Part shown: positions 50,008 through 59,167 of the stretch, one piece after another
Position numbering within the stretch: the stretch's first letter is position 1
Layout of the letters: the number at the start of each line of letters is the position of its first letter
Origin: Lysobacterales bacterium
Lineage (GTDB): Bacteria > Pseudomonadota > Gammaproteobacteria > Xanthomonadales > SZUA-38
Assembly (NCBI GenBank): GCA_030065125.1
Contig: JASJDM010000030.1
Coordinates: 10,039 to 74,038, forward strand
Reading direction: 5' to 3'
Length of the DNA: 64,000 nucleotides
Made by a program: the position numbers and the translations under genes
Notes under the pieces: model-generated
Told to the model about the DNA's origin: nothing
Databases searched by the model: none
The model's input: only the letters and a program-made list of their open reading frames with translations

Positions 50008-50631
50008 TCACGCCGGCTTCCGTGCCACGATAAAGACCCCCTGTTTTCGCTCGGGCTGCCAGGCATGCTCGATGGTAAATCCGGCGTTGCTCAGGCTGTC
50101 GTCCAGTTCCTTCCGGGTGAATACCTTGACCATGGGTATGACGCCAAAGAAGTGGCCTACAGGTCCCACCAGCTTGAACAGTTTGAACCAGTCGCCCAGG
50201 CACGGCGTGCTGCTGACGAAATAGCCGCCGGGCCTGAGCATGTCCCAGACCTTGGTGATGGCCGCGTCCCGGTCTTCCAGCAGGTGCAGGATGCTCAGCC
50301 CCAGGACCAGGTCCACGGATTCAGCAGCCACCGCCAGCTCCTCCACCGATGACACCTCGAACCGGACGTTGTCGATGCCAGCGGCCGCGGCTTTGCCTCG
50401 AGCGATCTCCATCATCCTGGGTGAGACATCGGTCGCCAGGATGTGTCGGACGTGGGGGGCGTGGGCCAGCGCTGTGGACCCGGTTCCGGCCCCGAATTCA
50501 ACCACTTCCATATTCGGGTGCATCAATTGCCGGGTGATCTTCAGCTTTTGCTGGTAGATGGTTTCATCGGGTACCGGCTTCCTGGAATAGCGGTCGGCAA
50601 TGCGGTCCCAGAATCGGGCAGATGTTGTCAT
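50008..50631 (-). CDS. Class I SAM-dependent methyltransferase
   Basis: FWDRIADRYS, VVEFGAGTGS motif I, DVSPRM, LRPGGYFVSST; GGAGG RBS upstream of ATG 50631. Confidence 0.9.
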   Translation of the reverse strand: MTTSARFWDRIADRYSRKPVPDETIYQQKLKITRQLMHPNMEVVEFGAGTGSTALAHAPHVRHILATDVSPRMMEIARGKAAAAGIDNVRFEVSSVEELAVAAESVDLVLGLSILHLLEDRDAAITKVWDMLRPGGYFVSSTPCLGDWFKLFKLVGPVGHFFGVIPMVKVFTRKELDDSLSNAGFTIEHAWQPERKQGVFIVARKPA

Positions 50632-50855
50632 CGGGTTATTCCTCCAAGCTGGCTGATCAATGATTCCACGTGGCAGGCACCGGACTGATCGATTCCAGTC
50701 CAGTCCCCGCCGTATCCGGCCCAGCCGGCGACAAGCGACAGCAGGTCCGGGCTGAGCCACACCAGGGCCAGGCAGGCTACTGCCAACCTGACAGCGGTGC
50801 TGAGCGCCAGTTCCAGCGAACCGGCCCAGCGTCTGATGATTGCGTTACGTCGCAT
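50628..50855 (-). CDS. Small hypothetical membrane protein coupled to the methyltransferase
   Basis: ATG 50855, one hydrophobic helix; the stop overlaps the methyltransferase ATG (ATGA). Confidence 0.45.
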   Translation of the reverse strand: MRRNAIIRRWAGSLELALSTAVRLAVACLALVWLSPDLLSLVAGWAGYGGDWTGIDQSGACHVESLISQLGGITR

Positions 50856-50896
50856 GTGAGTCTCGTGGGCTTTGTTGAAAACTCGGTGCCTAGTTT

Positions 50897-50960
50897 ATCC
50901 ATGCGAAAAACGAAGTAGAATGCCAATAGATGTATTATTAATATGCGTAAACGCATGGAT
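50897..50960. promoter_or_regulatory. LysR divergent promoter region with inverted repeats
   Basis: ATGCG-TAAA-CGCAT at 50943-50956 overlaps the LysR start. ATCCATGCG (50897) is inverted relative to CGCATGGAT (50952). AT-rich core between them. Confidence 0.5.
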
Positions 50961-51848
50961 TGGCGATCGGTAAAATTTGACTGGAACCGGGCCCGGGCCT
51001 TCCTGGTGACCGCCGAGGAAGGGTCCCTGTCGGCCGCGGCCCGCGCCCTGGGCATGACTCAGCCCACCCTGGGTCGCCAGGTCAGTTCCCTGGAGTCAGA
51101 ACTGGGCGTGGCCCTGTTTGAGCGGGGCGGCCGGGGGCTGGAGCTCACGCCCAGCGGGCTGGATCTGCTGGAGCATGTCCGAGCCATGGGGGCTGCCGCC
51201 ACCCGGCTTTCCCTGACAGCCTCGGGACAGTCGCAAACCCTGGAAGGCAACATCTGCATCACCGCTACCGAGGCCGTGGCCGCCTTCATTCTTCCAGACA
51301 TCATTGGACGGCTGCGACAGGCGGAACCCGGCATCCAGGTGGAACTGATTGCCTCCAACGCCACCAGTGACCTGAAGCGGCGGGAGGCGGATATCGCCGT
51401 GCGCGCTTTCCGACCCACCCAGCCTGAGCTGATCGCAAAGAGACTGGGGAATTTCGAGCACTATCTGTACGCCAGTCCGGCCTACCTGGAACGACTGGGC
51501 AATCCGACCCGGAAGGCGGACCTGGGTCGGGCTCAATTTGTCGGCTTCAGTGCCACCGAAGAATATCTGGCCGGGCTCAACGGCCTGGGACTGTCGCTGA
51601 CCATGGACAACTTCCCCATCAGCACCGACAGCCACCTGGTGCACTGGCGACTGGCCCAGCAGGGGGTGGCCATTGGCATCATGCCAACCTATGTGGGCGA
51701 CCGGGACCCCACGGTGCGCCGGGTGCTGCCCGACATGGAGCCCCTCATGAGCGAGCTGTGGCTGGTGGCGCACCGGGAACTCCGGTCCAGCCGGCGGGTG
51801 CGCACCGTGTTCGATTTTCTGGCGGCGGAGCTGGCGGCCACGCTGTGA
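50955..51848 (+). CDS. LysR family transcriptional regulator
   Basis: FDWNRARAFLVTAEEGSLSAAARALGMTQPTLGRQVSSLESELGVALFER; READIAVR. Confidence 0.95.
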   Translation: MDWRSVKFDWNRARAFLVTAEEGSLSAAARALGMTQPTLGRQVSSLESELGVALFERGGRGLELTPSGLDLLEHVRAMGAAATRLSLTASGQSQTLEGNICITATEAVAAFILPDIIGRLRQAEPGIQVELIASNATSDLKRREADIAVRAFRPTQPELIAKRLGNFEHYLYASPAYLERLGNPTRKADLGRAQFVGFSATEEYLAGLNGLGLSLTMDNFPISTDSHLVHWRLAQQGVAIGIMPTYVGDRDPTVRRVLPDMEPLMSELWLVAHRELRSSRRVRTVFDFLAAELAATL

Positions 51849-51870
51849 TCTCCGGGCCAGGGAAGCGGGG

Positions 51871-52860
51871 CTAGATGTCCCCCCCAGCCCGGATCAGGGT
51901 ACGCCCGATCAGCTCGCGGGATTCCCACGCCCGGTGCGCCTCGGCCAGGTCTGACAAAGGGTAGACCTTTTCAACCGGTATGACCCATTCACCCGACGCC
52001 AGCTTATGATGGGTGGCCTCTTTTTCGGCGCCGCCCGAGCGCATCTGATGGACGTACTGGACAAACCCGGTGACCGAACAGTTCTTGCCGATCAGCATGG
52101 AGACGTTCACGTCCGGGGACTCACCCGCCGTGGCGCCCATGAAGATAACATTGCCGAAGGGGGCAATGGCGTCAAAGTTCTTCATGGCCCGGGGACCGGC
52201 GTTGCCGTCGATGATGAGGTCGGCTCCCTTGCCGTCGGTGGCGTCCTTGACCTGGTCTGGCCAGTCCTCCCGGTTGTAGTCGAACACGTGGTCCGCGCCG
52301 AAGCGGCCGGCGTACTCTACCTTGGCCTCGCCGCCTGTCAGGCCAATGACCCTGGCCCCGGCGGATTTGGCCACCTGTGTGGTCAGGGCCCCCACCGCAC
52401 CCGCCGCTGAGTGAATCACTACGCTCTGGCCGGGACTGACCTGGCCCGCCGAGTGGATCAGCAGCCAGGAGGTGTAGGCGCAGGTTGAGAACACCGACGC
52501 CAGCTGCCAGTCAAACGCGTCCGGCACCGGCACCAGCGACGCCGCTTTGGCCAGGGCGTATTCCGCGTTGCCGCCCCAGCCGGCGTTGGTGGCCACTCTT
52601 GTGCCCACCAGGCTTGTGTCCACGTCGTCGGCAACGGCTTCCACCCGGCCGGCATACTCAAAACCGGGGGTGAACGGAAATCCTGGATGCATCCACTGGA
52701 TGCGGGCGGCCCGGGCGTGATTGTCCAGCGGGTTCAGCGGGGCATAAGCCACCTGGATCAGCACTTCTCCCGGACCGGGCTCCGGCACCGGCACGTCCTG
52801 GATGGTGATGGCCTCGGGCCCGCCGGCGGCTTCGATCACCGCAGCCTGCATGGTCGACAT
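51871..52860 (-). CDS. NADPH:quinone oxidoreductase (Zn-independent MDR family)
   Basis: PEPGPGEVLIQV..LNPLD, PFTPGFEYAG, HSAAGAVG, EAHRAWESRELIGR. Confidence 0.9.
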   Translation of the reverse strand: MSTMQAAVIEAAGGPEAITIQDVPVPEPGPGEVLIQVAYAPLNPLDNHARAARIQWMHPGFPFTPGFEYAGRVEAVADDVDTSLVGTRVATNAGWGGNAEYALAKAASLVPVPDAFDWQLASVFSTCAYTSWLLIHSAGQVSPGQSVVIHSAAGAVGALTTQVAKSAGARVIGLTGGEAKVEYAGRFGADHVFDYNREDWPDQVKDATDGKGADLIIDGNAGPRAMKNFDAIAPFGNVIFMGATAGESPDVNVSMLIGKNCSVTGFVQYVHQMRSGGAEKEATHHKLASGEWVIPVEKVYPLSDLAEAHRAWESRELIGRTLIRAGGDI

Positions 52861-52870
52861 ATGATTCCCT

Positions 52871-53749
52871 CTACATGGATGGTGTGGCTTCACTGTTGGG
52901 CGTCATGAAGCAGGACGCCAACAGCCACTTGAGATTGATTCCAACCCGGTCGGCATAGGGCACGGTGAAGGCATAGCCGTGCTCCTTGCGCTCACCGTCC
53001 ACTTCCTCGCTGACGTATATGACCAGGGAATCCCGGGTGAAGACGCCGTGGTAGTTGTTGATGGGCCAGTCCACCAGGGCCAGGCTGATCCCCAGCTTGC
53101 GCGGCGGCGATTCCCGGGTCTCAAACCAGTGGGCATCCCACTGGTCGTGCAGCTCGATGCCCTCGTAGCGCTCATACGGAATGTCGCGGCCCCCACCCAC
53201 ACCGGGGATATCCACGTAGCAGCTGAAGCTGCGGGACCGGTGCAGCTGGTAGGCGCCGGCAGCCCGGTTGCCGCCGGTTGAAGGCTCTACCCAGAACTGC
53301 CGGGAGCCCAGCACAAACCCCAGGGGCATGGTTTCGCCGCAAGGGGCATCTGGTACTGCACGGAACTGCTGGGCTTCCCGGATCCACGTGTAGAGGCAAT
53401 CCGGCTGGTCTTGCTGGGACAGGGTCATCTTCACCTGGTCCCGGTCAGGCTCTACGGCCAGCGCCATCTGGTATCGGCCCGGTCCGCCGCCGTTCTCCCG
53501 GACTGCAACGTCAAAGCGGTTGTCGCCAGCGGTGGAGATGTCCACCCGCAAACCGCCGTGGCGCAGTTCTTCAGCCACGCCGGTTCGGCGCTCGAAATAA
53601 GCCTGGTTGCCGTTGGCATAGATGCCGGGCAGCAGCTGGGTCACCACCTGCAGGTCCCGCTCTGAGCGAAGGCTGTCTTCCCCCTGGGCGGCCACCTGGA
53701 GGCTCATCAGCAGCGCCCCCAGGCAGACAACAAGTCGATTGATGTTCAT
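52871..53749 (-). CDS. Exported protein with CpcT/CpeT-like N-terminal motif
   Basis: Signal ...LQVAA-Q; LLPGIYANGNQAYF resembles the T-type lyase L-x-G-x-(F/Y)-x-N-x-x-Q motif; CLYTW...F...C...; C-terminal ELHDQ...RVGINLKW domain. Confidence 0.55.
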   Translation of the reverse strand: MNINRLVVCLGALLMSLQVAAQGEDSLRSERDLQVVTQLLPGIYANGNQAYFERRTGVAEELRHGGLRVDISTAGDNRFDVAVRENGGGPGRYQMALAVEPDRDQVKMTLSQQDQPDCLYTWIREAQQFRAVPDAPCGETMPLGFVLGSRQFWVEPSTGGNRAAGAYQLHRSRSFSCYVDIPGVGGGRDIPYERYEGIELHDQWDAHWFETRESPPRKLGISLALVDWPINNYHGVFTRDSLVIYVSEEVDGERKEHGYAFTVPYADRVGINLKWLLASCFMTPNSEATPSM

Positions 53750-53785
53750 TTCAGAATGCTCCCCGAGGCCCGGACGCTCACCATA

Positions 53786-55033
53786 TCACGACCCCCTGGC
53801 GTCACTGCGGGCCAGGAATGCCTCCACCTCTTCCACTTCGAGTCCGGACGGCACCGGGGTGAGAAAGGTATACAACAGTCCCGCGGCCGCCAGGGGCACA
53901 CCCACCAGCACGGCGTAACCCAGGTTCCAGCCCAGACGCTCCACCGCCAGCGCTACCACGAAGGGCCCGCCCGCGGACCCCAGGGTCACAGCGAGCGAGC
54001 CGCAGGTGGACAGTGCGGTGGCGCGAAGGCGCGTGGGAAATACCTCCGCCAGGTAGGCAAACTTCACCGCTGCGCTACCGTAAAAAAACATGCTCATCAC
54101 GGCGTAGGCGATGAGCAGCTCGGTATAGGTCTGGGTGAACCAGACCATGACCTGGAATGTGGCCGCACCCAGCAGCGTCCACAGCACTACGGTGTTGCGC
54201 CGGGTCATCCAGAACTCACCGGTCACCGCTGCCAGGACGTAGCCGATGATACCGATGGCGTTGCCGGCGCCAATCAGCAGCGAGAAATCGAACGCCTCCA
54301 GGTCGCGGTTTTCATTGAGGTAACTGGGAAAAAGGAAGATGGACCCGGCATAGGCCCACACAAACAGAAACTGGGCGCTGAACAGCAGCAGGGTGCGGTG
54401 CCGCACGCCGGGTGCCAGCAGTTCCCGGATGCGCGGTTGTTCCTGCTGCTGGCGGGCCTGGGTAAACCGGGGCGGTTCACGGATGACCCGGCGAACCACC
54501 CATACGAAAGGCAGGGATACCAGCCCGACCAGGAACAGCAGTCGCCAGCCCAGGTCGCTCAGCAGCCAGGCGGCCCATACCGATGCCAGCGCCCAGCCCA
54601 GGGGATAGCCAATCTGCAGCAGACCCATGAACAGGCCCCGCACCCGCGCCTGGAATTCTTCGGCGATGACGGCGCCGGTGACCGGGTAGGTGAGCCCACC
54701 CACGGCAATGCTCAGGCCCCGCAGCACGCTCAGGGACACCGGGTTGGGCACCACGCTGTGCAGGGTGACCAGCAGCGACGACCCCACCAGGGAAAACTGG
54801 AACATGCCCTTGCGGCCCCAGCGGTCGGTCCACAATCCCAGCCAGACGATCAGGATGCCTCCCAGCACGAAGGCGCAGGACACGATGGCCATGACGCCGC
54901 TGAGGGACAGGCCAAATTCTTCCCGGATCGCCGGCGTGGCGTAGCCGAACAGGGCCAGGTCCATCTGGGCCGTGGTGTAGGCCACCAGGCACACCACGAA
55001 GGCCCGGGCCGGGTATCCCCGGAAGCCAGGCAA
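53786..55033 (-). CDS. MFS transporter (aromatic acid:H+ symporter-like)
   Basis: TDRWGRK motif A, AEEFQARVRG, AEVFPTRLRATA, ~12 TM; likely TTG start at 55033 right after the upstream TGA. Confidence 0.88.
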   Translation of the reverse strand: MPGFRGYPARAFVVCLVAYTTAQMDLALFGYATPAIREEFGLSLSGVMAIVSCAFVLGGILIVWLGLWTDRWGRKGMFQFSLVGSSLLVTLHSVVPNPVSLSVLRGLSIAVGGLTYPVTGAVIAEEFQARVRGLFMGLLQIGYPLGWALASVWAAWLLSDLGWRLLFLVGLVSLPFVWVVRRVIREPPRFTQARQQQEQPRIRELLAPGVRHRTLLLFSAQFLFVWAYAGSIFLFPSYLNENRDLEAFDFSLLIGAGNAIGIIGYVLAAVTGEFWMTRRNTVVLWTLLGAATFQVMVWFTQTYTELLIAYAVMSMFFYGSAAVKFAYLAEVFPTRLRATALSTCGSLAVTLGSAGGPFVVALAVERLGWNLGYAVLVGVPLAAAGLLYTFLTPVPSGLEVEEVEAFLARSDARGS

Positions 55034-55034
55034 T

Positions 55035-56105
55035 TCAGGAGCCGTAGCTGTACACCACGACCAGGTTGCCGTCGCGGTCCAGAATGCCGCGCTCATACAC
55101 CGCGCGACCGTCCATGCCTTCAAGGTGATCGTCCCGGTACAGCTTCAGCCCCAGTTTTTCGGCGGCCGTTGCCACTGCGTCCACGTCCTTCACTTCGACC
55201 ACCAGTGCAACCCGGTTGGGTTTCGGAATGGACTTCATGGCCATCCCGCCCACGGCGGTCAGCCCCAGTACCCGGGCCTGGCCGGGGCCGGACAGGTAAG
55301 CCTCGAATACCTCAGCGCCCGGTTCGATTTCAAACACGTCGAAGGAGTAGGAGTCTTTCGCCTGCTGCTGCACCCGGATCAACTCAAAACCCAGGACGTC
55401 GCGGTAGAACGCCAGGGCCTGGTCCATGTCGCGGACCACCAGGTTGGTGCGCTGAACCCGTGGCAAGGTGGGCTTTTCCATCTGGTCGACCTTGGCCAGC
55501 AGTTCATCCGCCAGCAGGCCCACGTAGTAGTCGCCGGCGGATACGGTTTTGGCTTCATTCAGATAAGCCCGCAGGTCATCAGCGGAAAAATCCTGGCCAC
55601 AGGCGTCAAAATCTCCCCGCAGGGTGTGACGCGGCAGCGCCACCAGCGCCGCCAGCCGCCGATAACCGGCGCCGCGCTTCCAGTACTCGAGGGCCTGGCA
55701 GGTGTCCTGCTCGATGGTGGCGCCCAGCAGATGCAGGTAACCGATCACGAACAGCGACTGGGGATAATCAGCAGCCAGGGCTTTCAGGCGATAGGGCATG
55801 GCCTCTTCGCCCCGCCCGGAGTAACCGTAGGCCCGGCCCAGCTGGTAGTTGAGTCGCGGGTTGTCCGGATCCGCCGCCACCGCAGCCCGGCAGGCCTCGA
55901 TGGCGGCCGGTTTGTCCATCTCTGCCCGGGACACCGCCGGTGCCACGTGGCCCGGGTCACGGCCGTGGGACGCCAGCCGGTCGCATTCCGTGACCTCCTG
56001 GGACCAGCGGCCGAATTCGTAGTCTTCAAATTCCACCGCTGTCACCGGGCATCCCAGCAACAGGCCTAGGGCAAGGGTTGAAGTGCTGAGTACTCGAGTC
56101 CGCAT
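55035..56105 (-). CDS. Fusion: signal peptide + Sel1/TPR-like domain + C-terminal VOC (glyoxalase) domain
   Basis: ECDRLASHGRDP...AIEACRAAVAADPDNPRLNYQLGRAY; then RTNLVVRDMDQALAFYRDVLGF...DRDGNLVVV. Confidence 0.8.
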   Translation of the reverse strand: MRTRVLSTSTLALGLLLGCPVTAVEFEDYEFGRWSQEVTECDRLASHGRDPGHVAPAVSRAEMDKPAAIEACRAAVAADPDNPRLNYQLGRAYGYSGRGEEAMPYRLKALAADYPQSLFVIGYLHLLGATIEQDTCQALEYWKRGAGYRRLAALVALPRHTLRGDFDACGQDFSADDLRAYLNEAKTVSAGDYYVGLLADELLAKVDQMEKPTLPRVQRTNLVVRDMDQALAFYRDVLGFELIRVQQQAKDSYSFDVFEIEPGAEVFEAYLSGPGQARVLGLTAVGGMAMKSIPKPNRVALVVEVKDVDAVATAAEKLGLKLYRDDHLEGMDGRAVYERGILDRDGNLVVVYSYGS

Positions 56106-56186
56106 GGGGTATCCTCATTGGCTACGGGCATTAGCCGAATATGCCTGTGCCTCCCCCGCGGGGCAAGTCGGTTGGAGAACAGTCCA

Positions 56187-57056
56187 TTGTTGCAGTCAGT
56201 CAGCGCCGTCACCTTCAGCGTACCGGATCTCGATCGTTCTTCCCGGGCCTTCCAGCAGTGCCTGGGTCACCGGGCGCGCGTCGGGGCAACCCGGGCGGAC
56301 GTGGCGGCGGCCTGGGGTGTGCCGGGCCTGGCGGGGCGGCCCCAGGTGCTGCTGCAGCCGGCCAGCGGAGACGGGACCCGGATTCGTTTGATCCAGGCCC
56401 CGGCAACGACTGGCTATCGGCCCATGGTGACACCCGGCTGGAACGCGGCGGAACTGCACGTGGCGGACGTGATGGGCCTGGCGGAATCCCTGGAGGGGTC
56501 CCCGTTTCAGGTCATTGGCGGGCCGCGGGATCTGCTCGGCGGCGGTGAGGTCGTTGCGCTGCAGGTGCGGGGGCCGGGTGACGAAATCCTCTACCTGACG
56601 GAGATGAAAGATCCCGGGTACCGGAAGACCTACGGCCACGCCCAAAGCCCGGTGGATCGCGTGTTTATCGTGGTGCTGGGCACTGATGACATGGACGGGT
56701 CCCGGCACTTTTACGGCCAGATCAGCCGCGAGCTGACCCCGACCCGGAGCTTTGCCATACGGGTACTGGCCAGCGCCCTGGGCCTGGCAGCGGACACGCC
56801 GTTTTCCATCGCATCGGCGCTGTGTAAAAAGCGCGGTCGCATCGAGCTGGACCAGCTGCCACGGTCCGTGCAGCAGCGCCCGGGGGTGCCGGGCGAACTG
56901 CCTCCGGGGCTGTCCATGGTGAGCTTCACGGTCGCTGATGCGGCCGGCGTCTGCTGGAGCGATGGGCCTGACCAGGCGCCATATTGCGGGCGACCGTTTG
57001 GCATCCTGCGGGGTCCTTGTGGAGAATGGCTGGAGTTGATTCAGGATGACTGTTGA
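56187..57056 (+). CDS. Two-domain VOC (glyoxalase-like) family protein
   Basis: AVTFSVPDLDRS, GWNAAELHVADV, RGPGDEILYLTE, RVFIVVLGTDDMDGSRHFY, GPCGEWLELI. Start uncertain: TTG 56187 after GGAG; the frame is open from 56118. Confidence 0.78.
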   Translation: MLQSVSAVTFSVPDLDRSSRAFQQCLGHRARVGATRADVAAAWGVPGLAGRPQVLLQPASGDGTRIRLIQAPATTGYRPMVTPGWNAAELHVADVMGLAESLEGSPFQVIGGPRDLLGGGEVVALQVRGPGDEILYLTEMKDPGYRKTYGHAQSPVDRVFIVVLGTDDMDGSRHFYGQISRELTPTRSFAIRVLASALGLAADTPFSIASALCKKRGRIELDQLPRSVQQRPGVPGELPPGLSMVSFTVADAAGVCWSDGPDQAPYCGRPFGILRGPCGEWLELIQDDC

Positions 57057-57068
57057 ACGGGGAACGAC

Positions 57069-57920
57069 ATGGGGACCACTGACAAACGCCGCCGGGCAGT
57101 GCTGGGCGCGCTGGCGGCCAGCCCGGTGATGGCCTCGACCGCCGAGTTGACGCCGCCGTCCCAGCCGGCCGCAACCTTTGTGCTCATTCCCGGCACCTGG
57201 CACGGGGGCTGGGTCTGGGCGCCGGTGGCGCGCTGGCTGCGCAGCGCAGGCTGCCAGGCCTACTGCGTCACCTGTACCGGTCTGGGGGAACGCAGCCACC
57301 TGCTGTCGCCGGATGTAGGCCTGCAGACCCACGTGGACGACGTGGTCAACCTGATCGAGTGGGAAGAACTGGAGCGGCCCATCGTGGTGGCGCACTCCTT
57401 CGGCGGGATCACCCTCACCGGCGTGGCTGACCGCTTGCGGGACAGGCTGGGCAGGGTGGTGTTCTACGACGCCTTCGTGCCCACCCGGGACCGGCCCGCC
57501 TGGGTGATGCGGGACGAAAACGGCCATTGGCCGGAGTGGTGGCAGGCGCGTCAGGCCAAATTCATCGATGGCTACAAGATGGATTTCTTCGCCGAATATC
57601 CCATGGAAATGCTGGTGGATCCGGAGCGGTATCCTGACATCGCCGCTTTGCTGCGGCGACGGCTGACGCCGCACCCCGCGCGCCAGTGGACCGAGCCGGT
57701 GTCATTCGCCAATGGCGGCTGGGAGACGCTGCCCCGAACCTACATCCATTGCGTGGGCCAGGAATTCCGCCAGTCCAGTGACGCCATGTACGGACCCGCC
57801 AAACAGCCCGGGTGGCAGTTCCTGGAGGCGGAGACCTCGAGACTGGGCATGCTGACCCACACCCGGGACACCGCGGAGATGCTGCTCAGCCTGGTGAGTC
57901 CGGCACACGCGGAGGCCTGA
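57069..57920 (+). CDS. Alpha/beta hydrolase (methyl salicylate esterase-like) with Tat-like leader
   Basis: KRRRAVLGALAA leader; TFVLIPGTWHGGWVW, TGLGERSHL, VAHSFGG, FYDAFVP, PRTYIHC. Confidence 0.85.
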   Translation: MGTTDKRRRAVLGALAASPVMASTAELTPPSQPAATFVLIPGTWHGGWVWAPVARWLRSAGCQAYCVTCTGLGERSHLLSPDVGLQTHVDDVVNLIEWEELERPIVVAHSFGGITLTGVADRLRDRLGRVVFYDAFVPTRDRPAWVMRDENGHWPEWWQARQAKFIDGYKMDFFAEYPMEMLVDPERYPDIAALLRRRLTPHPARQWTEPVSFANGGWETLPRTYIHCVGQEFRQSSDAMYGPAKQPGWQFLEAETSRLGMLTHTRDTAEMLLSLVSPAHAEA

Positions 57921-59130
57921 GAAACACCAGTGCGCTGGCCGCCACCAGCACCAGGCCGGAGTACACCATGAACACCAGCGCATAGCTGCCGGTGGTGTCG
58001 CTGATGTAGCCGGCCAGGGGCGCACTGGGCGCAGTGATGGGTATGTGCAGCGGATTCATCACCCCCAGGGTGCGGCCGACGCTGCGTGCCCCGAAGCCCC
58101 GGGCCGCCATATTGGTCCACAGCGGGGTGACACCGCCAAAGCCGATCCCCACCAGCAGGCAGGCCCCGATCAATCCGGCGTAACCGTCCAGCCATAGGAA
58201 ACACTGCAGACCGCTGAGCAGGGCCAAGGCGGTGACCCAGCCCGTGACCCGGACTCCCAGGCGGTCAATCAATCCGCCCGAGGCGATCTTGCCGAAAAAG
58301 GAACAGAACGAAATGGTGGTGTATAGCAGCGCGGCCTGCTGCCCCACGTAACCCAGGTCCTTGGCGTGCAGGCTGAGGTTGGCCAGCAGGCCCAGGGTCA
58401 CGGCCAGCAGGCTGCCGGAAATCAGGGTCTGCAGCCAGAACGAGGGCGTGGCCAGGATCTGGCGTACGCTCCAATCCCAGCGGTCCGCCTGGCCCAGGCT
58501 GTGGCCGGCTCCGCTGCTGATACGGTCCGCTTCGGGCTCGGGTTCCAGCCCCACGTCTTCGGGGTAGTTGACCAGAACCCTGTAAAACACCAGCCCCAGG
58601 GCGATGACTGCCAGCCCGGTACCCAGCAGCGCGGAGCGCCAGCCGTAAGCCATGAAAAGATAGGTCAGCAGCGGCGGCGCCAGTGCGCCGCCAATGGAGC
58701 TGCCCGTCACCGAAATACCCAACGCCAGGCCGCGCCGCCTTCTAAACCACCGGGAGATCAGCGCGGTGCTGGGGATGACGCCCAGGGCCAGCGCACCCAG
58801 TGGAATCAACAGGGCGAAAACCAGCCAGATGTGCACCAGGGTTCCGGCTAAGCTGATCAGGATCAGCCCGCTGCCCAGGGCGGTCGTGCCGGTGACCACT
58901 ACGGCCCGGGCCGAGCCCTTGTCCACCCACAGCCCGATCAGCGGGGACATCAGGTTGACCGCCACGGTCAGGAAGGTCTCTATCAGGGTGATCCGCGCCC
59001 GCGGCTGGGAGAACTGGTCCTCGAAGGTCGAGGTGTAGATGCCCATGGACCAGAAGATCAGGCCGCCCTGGAGCACATTGCCCAGGGCACCCCCACCGGT
59101 GATGGCCCACCCGTAGAACGGCTTCTTCAT
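57886..59130 (-). CDS. MFS transporter (OFA/MCT-like)
   Basis: FYGW, ISRWFRRRRGLALGI, GGLIDRLG, GYISDTTGSY; ~12 TM. Confidence 0.9.
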   Translation of the reverse strand: MKKPFYGWAITGGGALGNVLQGGLIFWSMGIYTSTFEDQFSQPRARITLIETFLTVAVNLMSPLIGLWVDKGSARAVVVTGTTALGSGLILISLAGTLVHIWLVFALLIPLGALALGVIPSTALISRWFRRRRGLALGISVTGSSIGGALAPPLLTYLFMAYGWRSALLGTGLAVIALGLVFYRVLVNYPEDVGLEPEPEADRISSGAGHSLGQADRWDWSVRQILATPSFWLQTLISGSLLAVTLGLLANLSLHAKDLGYVGQQAALLYTTISFCSFFGKIASGGLIDRLGVRVTGWVTALALLSGLQCFLWLDGYAGLIGACLLVGIGFGGVTPLWTNMAARGFGARSVGRTLGVMNPLHIPITAPSAPLAGYISDTTGSYALVFMVYSGLVLVAASALVFLRPPRVPDSPG

Positions 59131-59167
59131 GGCTGTACCGGATCCCCTCACAGGTACAATGCCGCCC

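Noticed and set aside
55034-55123. N-terminal extension of the MFS ORF overlapping the VOC fusion gene
   Set aside because: Non-MFS-like sequence; a TTG at 55033 immediately after the upstream stop is more parsimonious.
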